In this document: positions 13,201 to 26,210 of the stretch, piece after piece
Layout of the letters: every line of letters starts with the position of its first letter
How positions within the stretch are numbered: the stretch's first letter is position 1
Assembly: GCA_012295275.1 (NCBI GenBank)
Contig: CM022665.1
Span: 31,868,001-31,932,000, forward strand
DNA: 64,000 nucleotides
Direction of reading: 5' to 3'
DNA from: Chrysomallon squamiferum
Taxonomy: Eukaryota > Animalia > Mollusca
The notes under the pieces: generated by a model
Told to the model about the DNA's origin: nothing
The model's database searches: none
What the model saw: the letters and a program-made list of their open reading frames with translations, nothing else
Translations under genes and position numbers: made by a program

Positions 13201-13788
13201 TAAATGTTTCCTGTTAATTTTGTTTGCATTACAAAGATTAAAATTGGCAATATTAAAAAGAAAAAGAACAAAGAACAACAAAATAAATAGAAAAGAAAAA
13301 AGGATGATAAAAAAGTTTTAAAAAAGTAGAAAAATCAACCAAAAATATGTAAATGTGTGTGTGTGTGTGTGTGTGATAAATGTTGCAAAATGTTAAAATA
13401 ATGTAAGAAAAAATATCTATCTAATCTGTGTATACAGTTGTAAAATAAATTACAGAGATGAACTATTTAAGAAAAATCTCTAAACCCATTTGATGGCTTC
13501 TGTAAGCAAGTTAATTAAGCAAATGCATCTTTTACACTATTTCCTTCCACTAGGACACTGCAGAACACAATGTTTATAGCTCAGTAAGTTTCCATTAATT
13601 TCACAGACATTTCTGTTTGACAAACACTTACACTACATCAGTTTTTATACCTGATAATTCAGAGCTAAATTACTTCAATAGATAACACTGGAACATTTTA
13701 ATACATTGATGGAAGTTTTGTTTTGTCTCATAAAAGTATATCCAGACTCAGTGTTTTCATGTGTGTGTGTGTGTGTTTATTTATTTAT

Positions 13789-13852
13789 ACTTAATTATTT
13801 ACCTTTTTATATATTTAGACTTAATTATTTACCTTTATATATATTTAGACTT
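13789..13852. repeat. 30-bp tandem duplication
   Basis: acttaattatttaccttt(t/a)tatatatttag twice. Confidence 0.85.
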
Positions 13853-16800
13853 CATTAACATGTAAAGATCTAAATAAAAAAACTTAAAGACCAATATTTA
13901 TATTCTGACACTGACATGCACAATTAATAAAAGAAAAAAACTGTAATTTTGAAAAATTTAATATTGCAGAAGCACCTGACAATTACATAGATATATAACA
14001 TACAGAGGTGTGCACACATGCATGCACATTCACATTTTTACACAGAGAAACCACTCGTTTTTTTAAGCTTGTATGATTCTGTTTTATTTGTTACAAATGT
14101 AATCTTATTAAATCTTCTTTTCCTTTTATTTTCTTTTATTTTTGAAATACATGGTTGCAGAATTAATCAACATTATATAACTAGAGATTCTTGTTTACAA
14201 GAAAGAGAAGAAAAATATTTTAAATATTTAAAAAATTAAAATAAATAAATAAATATAATAAACAATGAAAACAATTCAGTTTGACAGTGATGAATAATAA
14301 CTGGAAATATTCTCATTTTAATTAGTTCAAACAGCTGAGAGAAAAACTCATTACCTTTGGGAAAAACAATATTAGCTCCAGTCAGTGCATCATTTTTAAA
14401 ATCTGCCTGCCACAAACCATATTCATCACACATAAACCCTAGGGCAGGGGGATTGAATTAAGCCCACCCTTTTAGGTTATGACCCTGAGAAATAATTAAA
14501 ACAGTTCATGAAATTAAATATAAAAAAAAAACACCAAAGAAAAGCTTTCTACTGTGATTTGAATGTTTGTCAGTGTTTTGTTGGACTTTGGTCTTTTTTT
14601 ATTTTTAAATTTGGTAATGCAGTTTAATTAAAACTATCTTTTGAAATACAAAATAAACAAGAATTAGGTTCACTGGGAATATTTGTATTGTTGAGCATTC
14701 ATATTTTTATCACATTATATTATTCTTACTGATATGAGATTTTGGTGTTTTTTTAATACATTATTTTTTTCTTCTTCATCTTATGTATTTTAACATCAAC
14801 ATATTGGACTTCAAGTATCAATAATATAAATCTCTCTGTGCTTTGCTAAAATTATTCCTTCATTCCTTTTTTTCATTAGTTATATTATTTATTATATTAT
14901 TATATTATTCATCAAAACCTTTTACTGCTATCATGAAATGAACATATTTCATTTTGCTGTCCAAAAAAAAAAAGAAGACTAGAATAAACAGTGCAAAATG
15001 AATCATATTATAGTGTAGTCACAATAAATATACTTTTCATAAATAAGACAGTTTGTAAATTTGATATAGTGAACATGGAAGAAATCAAATCTTGTTTCTC
15101 CCTGTGGAAGATAGTTCCCACCAATGGAACATTTAAATCTTGTCTCTTTTTATGAAGGATTGTTCCTCCAATGGGTGGCTTTCAGTAACATCACAGATTA
15201 TATACTGTATCACAATTCATAATTTGACATGTGAAAAACTATTATTTGAGTTAACTTATTACTTTATGCCATTCCTCATAAACATGTACATATATAAACT
15301 GTGTTTTCATGATTGCTTTTTTGTGTTTTAGGGTAATTTAATAAAAATGTTCAAAAAGCTTTGACATGATGGAAAATAAAGAATATTAATTTTAACTGAA
15401 GCAGTCAAATTGTTAAAACAAAAAAGGTAACAAACTGCATATTGTCCCAACACTAATATTATCCTTTGCTAAATTACAGTAAACACATTTGGAAACTTTT
15501 CTATAATTTCCAGAGTTTTAGAAAGAAGAAAGAAATGTTTTGTTTAATTAATTAGACTCTCAGTACAATTAGGGACAATCATAAAATATGTGTTATTTAT
15601 ATGGATCCTGATCCTCAATAGTTAGTAAAACATATACCATGACCAATTAATAAACCAGATACTGTCTATGGAAAGGTGTATATAAAAGATCAGTTAATGT
15701 TAATAAAAAAAAAAAACAGCCCATTGCATGAAAGAAGCTAGTTTTCTCTCATTATCTATGTAATCCTTAACTATATGTGAGATGCCATATAACTATAGAT
15801 TAAAAATATGTTGTATGTTGTTAAATATTTTTCTTCTTCTTTTTTTTTTTTCTTGCAAGCATCTTATCTATATTATTTCCTGCTCTTCAAGCATTTGGCA
15901 ATGTTAATATGAATGAAATTGGAAAAATTCAGATGGCAGGTACAAACTAATTCAAAACACCTCCCCCTGGCAGCAGAGTATTCATCTACTTAAGAGAATA
16001 TTGCATCTCTGGGAGACATCGTGATTAATGTCTAGAAAACTGACAAACAGAATTATGCTCTGCTGTGCAATATATACTGTCTCTTCACTTGAAACAGCTA
16101 CTTGTCAATGAGAAATGGCAATAAGTCAGTCCCATCTTATTTGATCAGTATTCACATGATTACAATCATATGCATTTAATGTAAAGAAATTACAGTTTTT
16201 CTTGACTTCCCATTCCTCTAGAGAGGCTTTCTGAAGTTGTACAAGATTATTCTGTGCTGATAACAACACTTTAATTTAATAAACTGAAACTGTTCTCTCT
16301 CCACAACAGAGTCTATTCTTAGAATCAGAAAAATATTCTGTTAAAGAATAACTAGAATTTATTTAATATTATAATGAAAATAACATTAAGATGTATTTTG
16401 CTATGTTAGAAAATGAAATTTGTTCTGTTATAAAATATGTATTACAGAATTTATATAATAATATAATTTTACAGCATCTAGCTTAGATGTTTGTAAATTT
16501 AAAAAAATAATTGTAATACAAGAAATGTTTAATATAAACGTAATGCTTGGATTCTTATATATCAAAGAATATACATAATATCAAAATTTATTTAATAGTT
16601 TTAGAAATATAATGCTTTGATTCTTAGAAATTTATTTATTTACTTTTTTTTTATATTATTATTCAATAATAATGTCATGACCTATTTTAACTGATAAAAT
16701 ATATTAGACCCAAATAAAAACAGGATCCTTTTGTAATATCATGTTGAATACACATGCTGAATAAATTTTAGATGACTAAAATAAAATGATAACATTTCTG

Positions 16801-17519
16801 TAAACACAAGTTACTAATTACATTTTATTTGGGAAATATGACTAAATGTTATGTTTTTCATTTTAAATGAAATCCAGTGCTCTAAAGAGACTAAATCTGT
16901 AAATATAACAAAAAACCTAATTAATGTTGTACACATGTGAAGTAAATTAACAACAGGCAATTTTAAACAAAACTGTCTGGAACTGTATATATCATAATAA
17001 AATTGCACTATACATTGTAATCTGTTTTTCATTATTCCAAGCTAGAAAATAACATTTAATTCTCCATTTATCATATTAAAATAAATTAAATTAAATTAAA
17101 AGTTAAAAAAAGAAGAAAAAAAGCAGTACTGAAGAAAAAGATGATGCCACATTACATGCATCTGTCTCCAATCACACTGTAAACATTTTAGAAAACAATT
17201 AGGTACATTTTTTCCTTTAACTAAACATTCACTGCTGTAACACACTTAACTACATTATCATTATCATCATCAAGCAACACAACTTTATTAGATGATGACC
17301 AAGTGAGATCAGTATTGACAAATCTGAATGGAGACTTTATTAGACCACAATAAGATCACTGACTGTCATTGTTACAACCTGTCACTCCCTCTAAAGCAGA
17401 CTGTCTGTCCCAGCTCTACTGGGATTGAATGGACAATACAAAATAGCAAGTCAATTGTCTTCACTTAATCTCTTCTCATTGGCCAAGAAGAATAAAACAA
17501 TGTGCTGAAAATATTTGTT

Positions 17520-17895
17520 TTCAGAATTGTAATTTTTTGTCCATTGTTAATCTGATGAATTCTTTGTTTATAACTGGCCGAAATAAATCTGCAGAGTATT
17601 GTTTTTCCTCAACTGATGTTAATTTGATGAATTCCTTATTTATATATTGGTCTGGGTTAAAAAAACTCTTGTAGTTTTGACCCTTTGTTATTCTGAAGAA
17701 TTTCTTGTTTATAGATTTATAGAAAAAAATAATTAGGCAGAACTGTAGTTTGGGTCTGTTGTTAAATTCATCTTTTGATATTGGCTAGGAAACAGAGTTA
17801 AGTGATAGACATCAGATTGGATATAAGAAAAATAGTTGTGGATTTGCAGTTTCGACCATTTTTAAATTGATGGAATTCACATTTACAGATTGTTA
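17520..17895. repeat. Degenerate tandem repeat, unit about 65 bp
   Basis: Recurrent ttgtagttttgaccattgttaatctgatgaattcttgtttatagattgg-like units. Confidence 0.55.
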
Positions 17896-20800
17896 AGAAT
17901 AAGATAGTTCAATAAAATCCATATAGGTTAAGAAAAAAAGAAGAAATTATTTTCTGAAATTAAAATTGGATCTGAGACTTTTTAAATAACTTAAATATTT
18001 ATAAAAACTATATAACATATTTATTTATTAAAAAGAAAATAATTAGATGTCTGGGGAAAAAAAAATATTTTCCAAATGATTACTTGTAAATTTACATTAT
18101 TTTTTTACTTTAATATTTTTAAAATTATTAAAAGAAAATATCTAAAAACAAATTTAAAAAATTATTTTCATAAGTTACTGTTCTTTTGAAATTTATGTCA
18201 TGAAAAATATCTGTGTAAAATATGTAACTTTCAGCATGTAATTTTAAATTACTTCAGTCTGTCTTCACATGTTGTGTAATTAAACATTTATGTTCCAAGT
18301 AGAATTTAATGGCATGTCAGAGTTTCTGCAGCACGGTTAAAGGATAAAATTACATGCAAAAATAATAACCAGATTATTTATTTTTCTCTGTCACTATTTG
18401 TAATCAAATATGCAAATAAAAACATTGAAATGTACAAGGAATTTAATTTTACATCTTAATAGACTTTAAATTATATATATAATAGGTTTTGTCTGTTTTC
18501 TGGGTTAGAATATTATGGTTTAGTTTTAGTATTTAGTATCAACTGTAAAAGAATTTGTTATATATCACTGATATAATTTAAAAAAATGTTTAGCTTTCTT
18601 AATTTTATTCTTACATTATTTTTTAACAAAATATAAAAATAAATAAATAATACCAGTACTAAAAGTAGAGATAAAAATCAGTGAGATATAATTTATTAGT
18701 AACTGATGATGGATATGTTTTTAAATAAAATTAATAATTAACACAAATAAAATAAAATAGTTCAGTAAAATGCATCTAAATTAATACATAATCATAATAA
18801 GAAAGACAATTTTCATCCACATATTTCAATTGCAGAAAATGGTTTCAATTCGTAAGAACTTTATTTTAGTCAACACAAAAAGAACAGTTTTCACTTTTGA
18901 ACATTTCTGCAGTTTAAATGGCACTAACTTTAAACTTAAAGTATAAAACAACACATTAATTAAATAATTTAAACATTAAATTAACCTTTTTACAATCTCA
19001 AGTCTTGTCTGTTCTCTATCATTAAAGTTTGCTTCACTAAAAATTGCACGAATTTATTTTTTATTTTTATCCCTTTTTCTTAAAAACTTTGCACATAATC
19101 TTCTGTCACTGTCACAAATGAAGGAAAAATCTATAAAATTTTCTGCTCTGGTTCATTCTCTTTTGCATTTCATCCACGTTTTGTGCATTAGAGAATCAAT
19201 AAAATAAATCTTGAAGCAGATGACTGCAAAAAAACTAAACTCTTATGGAAGAGCAACTTCTAAAGTTATGTACATACACATGAAGACCATTCAGAAACGT
19301 AAATAATACTGATTAATCAGATTATAGGAAGTAAAAAAAAAACAACTAAAAGGGATGACAGCAGGCAGAGAGATGAGGGAGAGACAGAGAGAGAGAGAAA
19401 GAGAGAAATTGAAATAAAGTAAAAGAGAGAGATAGAGAGTAAATAACACAAGTGTTTTAACTAAACAATTTTTTCTTCTAGTTAACCACCAACAATTATT
19501 TCTATTTAAATGTCAGACTTTCATTACATTTTATTTCAGACTAATGTAATATTATGCTGTAAATTATTTTTATTGTTTTTACTATGATTTTTAGTATTAT
19601 TAATATATTAAAAATATATGTTTATATAGAAGTATTGTGTCATTTTGGATACGTGTCCCAATTTTATAAATATACATGTATGCATGCATGAGTGTATGAA
19701 TGTGAATGGGTACTTAATTATGATGTATAATGCAAATGTTTATCTTGTTCATTTTGCCTTTTTTTCTTGTTTTCCAAAAACAAATAAACAAAAATGACTT
19801 GACATTCATATTACAGCTTTTCAGGCCAGGATTATAAACCAATCAATTGTCAAGCAGCGGTTACAAGTTACTATTCTTGTTACATCGTATTTAATTGATT
19901 TAACAAAATGTGTTACAAAGGAATTAGTAAGAAGATGCAAGTCATTCACGTAACAGCAAATCAGCCCAATTTTTCAACACAATAAGAATTGATTTCCGGC
20001 AAGAAAGTTTTCTATACAAGACAACACAAAAGGTTTCCCTTTCACACAAAAGCATTACAAGCCTACTGCCATCACGAACTGGCAAATTACATAATGTCAA
20101 CTAGGTTTGGACATGCTTTAAATGTGCATTATGCAAATTAGTTAAGGCACTCCAGGGTTAAAAAATAGAAGAAGAAAAAAGAAAAATGTGATTTATTGCT
20201 TGTGAAACTGTGTATGAATTAAAAGGTTCAATGTGTACAGAATGTTATTAATATTACATAACGATGCTGATTAATAACAAAAAAATGCCAATGCATTTGA
20301 CCTAACAAACAAAAGCTGGGGGCAATTTCTGGTCATTTAATAACTAAAAATATCTCACAGACACATCTGTGCTCAAAATTCTTCAGGCTTTGTTCAGACA
20401 AATGGTGTGTGAATTTTATCACAAAAATACGACAATAAGCCCAACAAACAGTAATATGACAGCTGTAGATTATGAGCATAAAAAGAGTTTAAAAATAGAA
20501 TCCAATCGAAATTGACAGTAGGAAATAGTATTTTTATAATGGACTAACTGGTGTACTGTAACATGTGGTAATAATAAAAACATGAATTTTGTTTGCTAAT
20601 GGCCCTGAGAGATTACGATAAATAGGAAATATAAAAATTTATTAACATTGTGTAATTATGCTTCAGTCTGTTTCACACTCATAAACCCATGTAAACACTA
20701 CAATAACCTATGACATTGTCCTTAGTTTACTGGCTATAATATTATGAGATCCTAGTCCATGCCATATGTGCTTTAACCTTACAATTTAATTAGTTATTTG

Positions 20801-21639
20801 CACCTGTACTTTGATATGAATTTGTAAAATTATTACTTATTTATTTACTTACATTGTATTTACTTCATATGTGTGAGTGCTTATGTATTTTATGGTGAAA
20901 AAACTAACTTGAATGTGTGTACAGGTCTATATTAATCATGTGTATGTGTATGTGTACATGTATTATATATAAACAATAAATACATCAGTGTCTAAATACT
21001 GTAAATCAAGCATACCGCTTAAAGGCAAGATGTATCTCAAGACTGATAAGTAACAGTTTTAAATGGATATAATAATCTCTGAGAGACTATTCTAAACTGA
21101 CAGAAGCTAGATATGAAATATATTAAATATTATCACTGACCTGGCCATACCAGCTGTATCAGCTGGTGACTGCAGAGAGTGACTGGTTTATATAAACAAA
21201 TAGCTGCTTTACAAATATTAATTTTTTGTGAGGGTTTTTGTGGGTGTTATTAACAGATTAATGAAAGAGATGAAACGTTAATTTGGACTGATCCAAGTGC
21301 TATTTAAATTTAAATTACTTACATGACATACATACTTTGGGCAAGTAATCTCAATATACTGTAGTAGGTACCAAGTTCAAATCTGGATAAGTTGGATGAT
21401 GGTATTTCTAGCTATTACTATATCTTTTTTATGATGGGTTTTTTCTATGTATTGAGGCATTAGGTGTGTGTGTGTGTGTGTGTGTGTTTGTTTATTTGTT
21501 TACATGTGTATGTCTATTTTGTATGTGTCTACATGTGTCTTGGTGTCACTATATGCTTGTATGTGCTTGTATGTTAATTATTTTATGGAATCAAATATAA
21601 GAAATATGTAGGCTTCCAAGATAAATATAAATATTAAAG

Positions 21640-22400
21640 TACAAAATAAATATAATTTTTTTAATATTTTAATTCCTGTCATCACAATAATATTATCATT
21701 TGATAAATTATAGTAAATAAAACTGAAACAAGTCCTATAAATTCACAAATATTTTAATTTCTACATATTACCTATTATCTGTAGTATACCTTTAATTTTA
21801 ATAATAAAGTACTACCTCAGTGATCTTTATAAAATTTCCTAATATTTTATTCCTCTGTAGATATCTAAATATGTCAATACCTGCCTATCTCAATAAACAT
21901 TTCTATAATTTCTTAAATATTTTAAATGTCAATTCCAAATTCTATAAATTCTTCAGTTAATATTTCTGCAATATCATAATTTCATTGATTACTAACTCAA
22001 TTAATATAATTATAATTTCTAAGAATATTTTTCCTAAGTTAATTTTCCTATGAATTTATTTCATATTTGTGTTAATATTTCTATAATTTCCTACATATTT
22101 TAATTCACATCTCACTTGTTATTTCCATAATTTCCAAATAATTTTAATTACAATTCAATTAATTTTCCTATCATTTCCAGAATATTTTAATTTTATCTCA
22201 GTTAATATTCCTATAATTTCCTAAATATTTTAATTCCAGTCTCTATATTTTGGCAAAACATTTTGCCTGAGTTAATATTCTTTTAATTTTAAAAATAATT
22301 TAATTCCTATCAACACGAACATTTCTATAATTTCCTTAGTTAACATTTCTATAATTTTCTCAGTTAATATTTCTGTAATTTCCTAAACATTTTAATTCCT
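21640..22400. repeat. Degenerate minisatellite, unit about 45 bp (ttaatatttctataatttcctaaatattttaattc...)
   Basis: Recurrent tataatttcc / aatattttaatt / cagttaata motifs, more than 10 diverged copies; boundaries approximate. Confidence 0.75.
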
Positions 22401-22402
22401 AC

Positions 22403-22542
22403 CTTGAAGAACATTTAACCCCTTGCTGTGTTAAATATCTTTTGGAACCAAATGTACGTAAAAAAGCTCCATTTGTTCTCATTCTACTAGACCTGGCAGC
22501 TCCTGCCCTCTCAGGAATGGTGTACATCCGTATGTCTGACAT
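22403..22542 (-). CDS. Candidate alternative first coding exon of a short NAV isoform (MSDIRMYTIPERAGAARSSRMRTNGAFLRTFGSKRYLTQQGVKCSS)
   Basis: In-frame TAA two codons upstream, aaacaATG start context, 46 open codons, donor AAG|gtagga in phase 2 matching the 4492 exon. The adjacent 22540-22880 is GC-richer and UTR-like. Confidence 0.62.
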
Positions 22543-23111
22543 TGTTTAATAAGTAAAATTTTAGCCACAATGTGTCGTCACATCATTCAAAGAAAAGAAC
22601 AAGTCTGTATCACACGTGTGAGTAATCCTGTCCCAGTTGCTATCAGCACCAAGTGGAAGCATTGTGTCTTTAGTTCTTCACTTCATCCCAGCACTGCCAT
22701 AGCAGACAGTGGAAACAATTATAATCCAAGCCAGAAGCTACTGTGCCATGCACAACAAGGCAGCCAAAGGTCTCTTTGTTGTGAATGAGACACAAGAATA
22801 ATGCATGCTAAAAGTCTGCCATCATGCCATGCTGGCTGGCTGCCTCCATTTCAGTGTGAGGTGGAACAACATGAACAGGATTTAACATAGGAGAGAGAAA
22901 GAGAAAAAAAATCTATAATTGTTGTTGTTGTATATAAAGGGAAAAACAACTGTAGTAGCTGGTATATGTGTTCTTAGTGGTTTGAAGCTGGTGTTGTAAT
23001 TGTGATAGGATTTATTTTTAAAAAGTATAAATACATGTCTGTGTATTTGTGTTTCTTAAGTGTGCATGTGTTGTATCTGTGCATATATGCATCTTTTTTT
23101 GTGTGTGCATG

Positions 23112-23145
<34 letters not shown>

Positions 23146-25914
23146 TGTTTGTATGTAGGCCTGTATATTATATATTAATGTATAATAATGGCTAGATAGT
23201 GATAGAGTAGGATGAATGTAAGCTTACAGGAATGAATATATATATATATATAAAGAAACTGCCAAAAATAATATTTAACTCCAAACAAAAGATTCTTGTG
23301 TGTGTGTGTGTGCAACTTAAAAAAAAAAATTGTTGATAATAAAATAAACAATATCTAAGTATTAACAGCAGTGTTTTCAAATAATTTCTAACAAATTCAA
23401 TAATTGAACAGTTTTGCTTAATGACATCATAATCACCAGTTATTAGTTATATTGTACAAGCAACTACATAAAACTCAGCATGACAGAATTAAGATCAGTC
23501 CTAAAAAAAAAGACTGATATGTGCCATCTGTGAAATAAATAAAAAATACTGAAACAAACCCACACATTCTGCTAAATATAAACCAGGCTATAATCATTAT
23601 AAATTCAATTACATTTAGTAAAATTATTAATGGGCTTTTCCGTAATTAAAAATATATAATCATTTCACAGAAAAGATGCTTACTTCCCTTTTTCTTGTAA
23701 ATGGGACAGGCTACTTCAAATTTGAAAATGAAAATGAATAAATTAGTGCAATTTTTAAAAGATCAACAGCTGCAGTGACAACAACAACAAAAACACACAC
23801 ATACACATACACACATTTCAAACATTCTCTCACCATTATTAACATCAAAATTAAAGAGAACAGACAGATTTAAAAACTGATTATTTTGGAATATAACTAA
23901 ATAATTCTTTTCTAAGCATTAAAATTTCAGCAAACTATTATATGAATTTAACGTTTGCTAGTTTTTAAATGCATAAAAAATAATAATTGAAGAAGCTCTG
24001 AATAGTACACAAATTTTATAACTTATAATTAGCCATAGTTATGTCTAATGCATCAAGCAGCAATTGCCTTTGGTTACTTTTAAAACCCTTCATAATATTC
24101 AGTCACATATACACAGTTAAAACATCTCAAGCAATTATGTTTATAAAAGCCAGACTACATTCAATACTGTACATAAAACATACACAAACTAATAGCAGTA
24201 AATTTCTCATCAAATTGCTTCACTTACAAATATCAGTGCTTACTAAAAATTATTATAAAATAAACGTATCAGTTATGATGACCATTTACCCTTGGTGAAA
24301 TAAAAAAATAAAAAAGCTTTTAACGTGATAATAATAAAAAAATAGTTCTATCATGATTATAGAAATTTGTTTTCCAATAATGTTATAGAAAGTGTCATTA
24401 TGTGATGTCTGGTACCATGGTTACTGGGATAGGTCCTTTTACAGTTTTTAATCATTAAATGGAGTCACAAAGGTCAGTGTGCTTTAAACAACCACCTGCC
24501 TATTTCAGATACTTGTGTCTAACAAGGATACTAATTTTTGAGGTTAGATTAATGTGATGTAATGTCTGGTGCACAAAAGATAATCTGTGAGTTATAAAAC
24601 ATAATTTAAGAAAACCATTTTCTTGTAAATGTAGTTCTGACAACAAGAATAAAATACAGGCAAAAAATATGTTTAATCTGTTTTGAATTCTAGTCATATT
24701 AAAAATGAACAGGACTAAAAAAAAATGTGAAAAGAAGAAAAAAGTGAAAAGGTGAAGAGAAAAAAAAAGTAGAGATAAAGAAAGAAGGAAGAGAAAAAAA
24801 CAACAAACTAAACAGAGAAACCTAAAAGGAAATAATTTCAGAATTAATTAAAATTGATGGGCACAGAATATAATGATGCAAGATCTGTGCATGAGATTAT
24901 AAAATTTGTGCATGTGTGTGTGTGTGTGTTTGTGTGTGTGTTTGTGTGTGTGTGCATGCGTGTGCATGCACACACATACGTTTTGGATGTATGCTTTGTA
25001 TGCATGGATAAATGAGAGAAAATACAACATTTGTAGAAGAATGATCATACTCAAAAACAGTCCATGATAATAATCCAAGCATGGTCTAAACAGCATGAAG
25101 AAATTCATGAACATGCTATTTAATTTATTTAATTTTGAAAACAATTAATCTTTGAGTTATAAATTAATCTCATAGTAATAAATGCTTACAGTCATTTTCT
25201 CAGCACTGAGTGCAATGTCTTGCTATTAAACAAGACACAACTGGCTTTTTGCCTATCTCTTAGAAAAAAATTCACTGATTTAACTCACCTGGGCTCTGAC
25301 CTACAAGATCTGTGATGCTCTTTAGAATCCTTACTGTCCCAAAAATCTAGAATTTGGCCAATTTACTATAAGCCAGAAATCTCAGAAAAAGTAACAGCCA
25401 CAACACTTCCAAACAAACAGACAGTGGGTAAAAGAATATTTTAAAAAATTAATGTTTACTTTTTCTGTGATCTAGCTTTGTAATTTTATAGGTGTTTTTT
25501 GGATCATCAAAGAGTTGAGAATATACTTCACAATTTATAGACTTGGAAGTCACACTTGCACAAGCTCAAAGATATATGATCTTGATAGCAGATGTATTGC
25601 AGGTTGTCTGTTCTTGCTGATAACAACATGGAAAGATGGGAATCTAGGGATGAGGAATTTATATTTGTGTCATGTTGTGTATGTAGTCTGAATTGTATTA
25701 CTAAATGCCTTTCAACAGAATTATTAACTTGTTTGTACTAATTGCTTCCAAGCCACTGATGTACTCATAAGCAAAAAGATGCTTATCAGCATTTCAGAAA
25801 CAATTCTAATGCAAAATGAAGCTTTGTGTAGATGGTAGTTAGATTGAGAAATGGGGGTTACAACTGATAGCTCTTTTGCATCATCATACCTTTTAGTTAT
25901 TTTAAATGTAAACT

Positions 25915-26210
25915 AAGAAACCTCAATCTCACATAAATATAAGACACAAACACCTCAAATTTTCTTATTATTATAACAGCAAAAGAAACTTTATCTCTCT
26001 CTATATATCAGAATATAAACAAAAAATATATCAGAAGAATTTTCAGTGTCTGATACATATCAGCAGAAGAAACTTCAATATCTCATCTATCAGTAGAAGA
26101 AATCTCAACATTTAAATATATCAGCAAAAGAAATCATAGTATCTATAATGTATTCATATGCAAAAGAAACCTCAGTTTCTTAGGTATCAGCAATGGAAAC
26201 ATCATCTTTC
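25915..26210. repeat. Degenerate minisatellite, unit about 30 bp (tatcagcagaagaaacctcaa...)
   Basis: tatcagcagaagaaac, tatcagtagaagaaat, tatcagcaaaagaaat and tatcagcaatggaaac in tandem. Confidence 0.7.

Noticed and set aside
14355-14433. ATG-initiated ORF MCDEYGLWQADFK... ending at AAAG|gtaatg
   Set aside because: The donor is phase 1 whereas the downstream 4492 exon needs phase 2, and the phase-2 frame has a stop. At most a non-coding exon.
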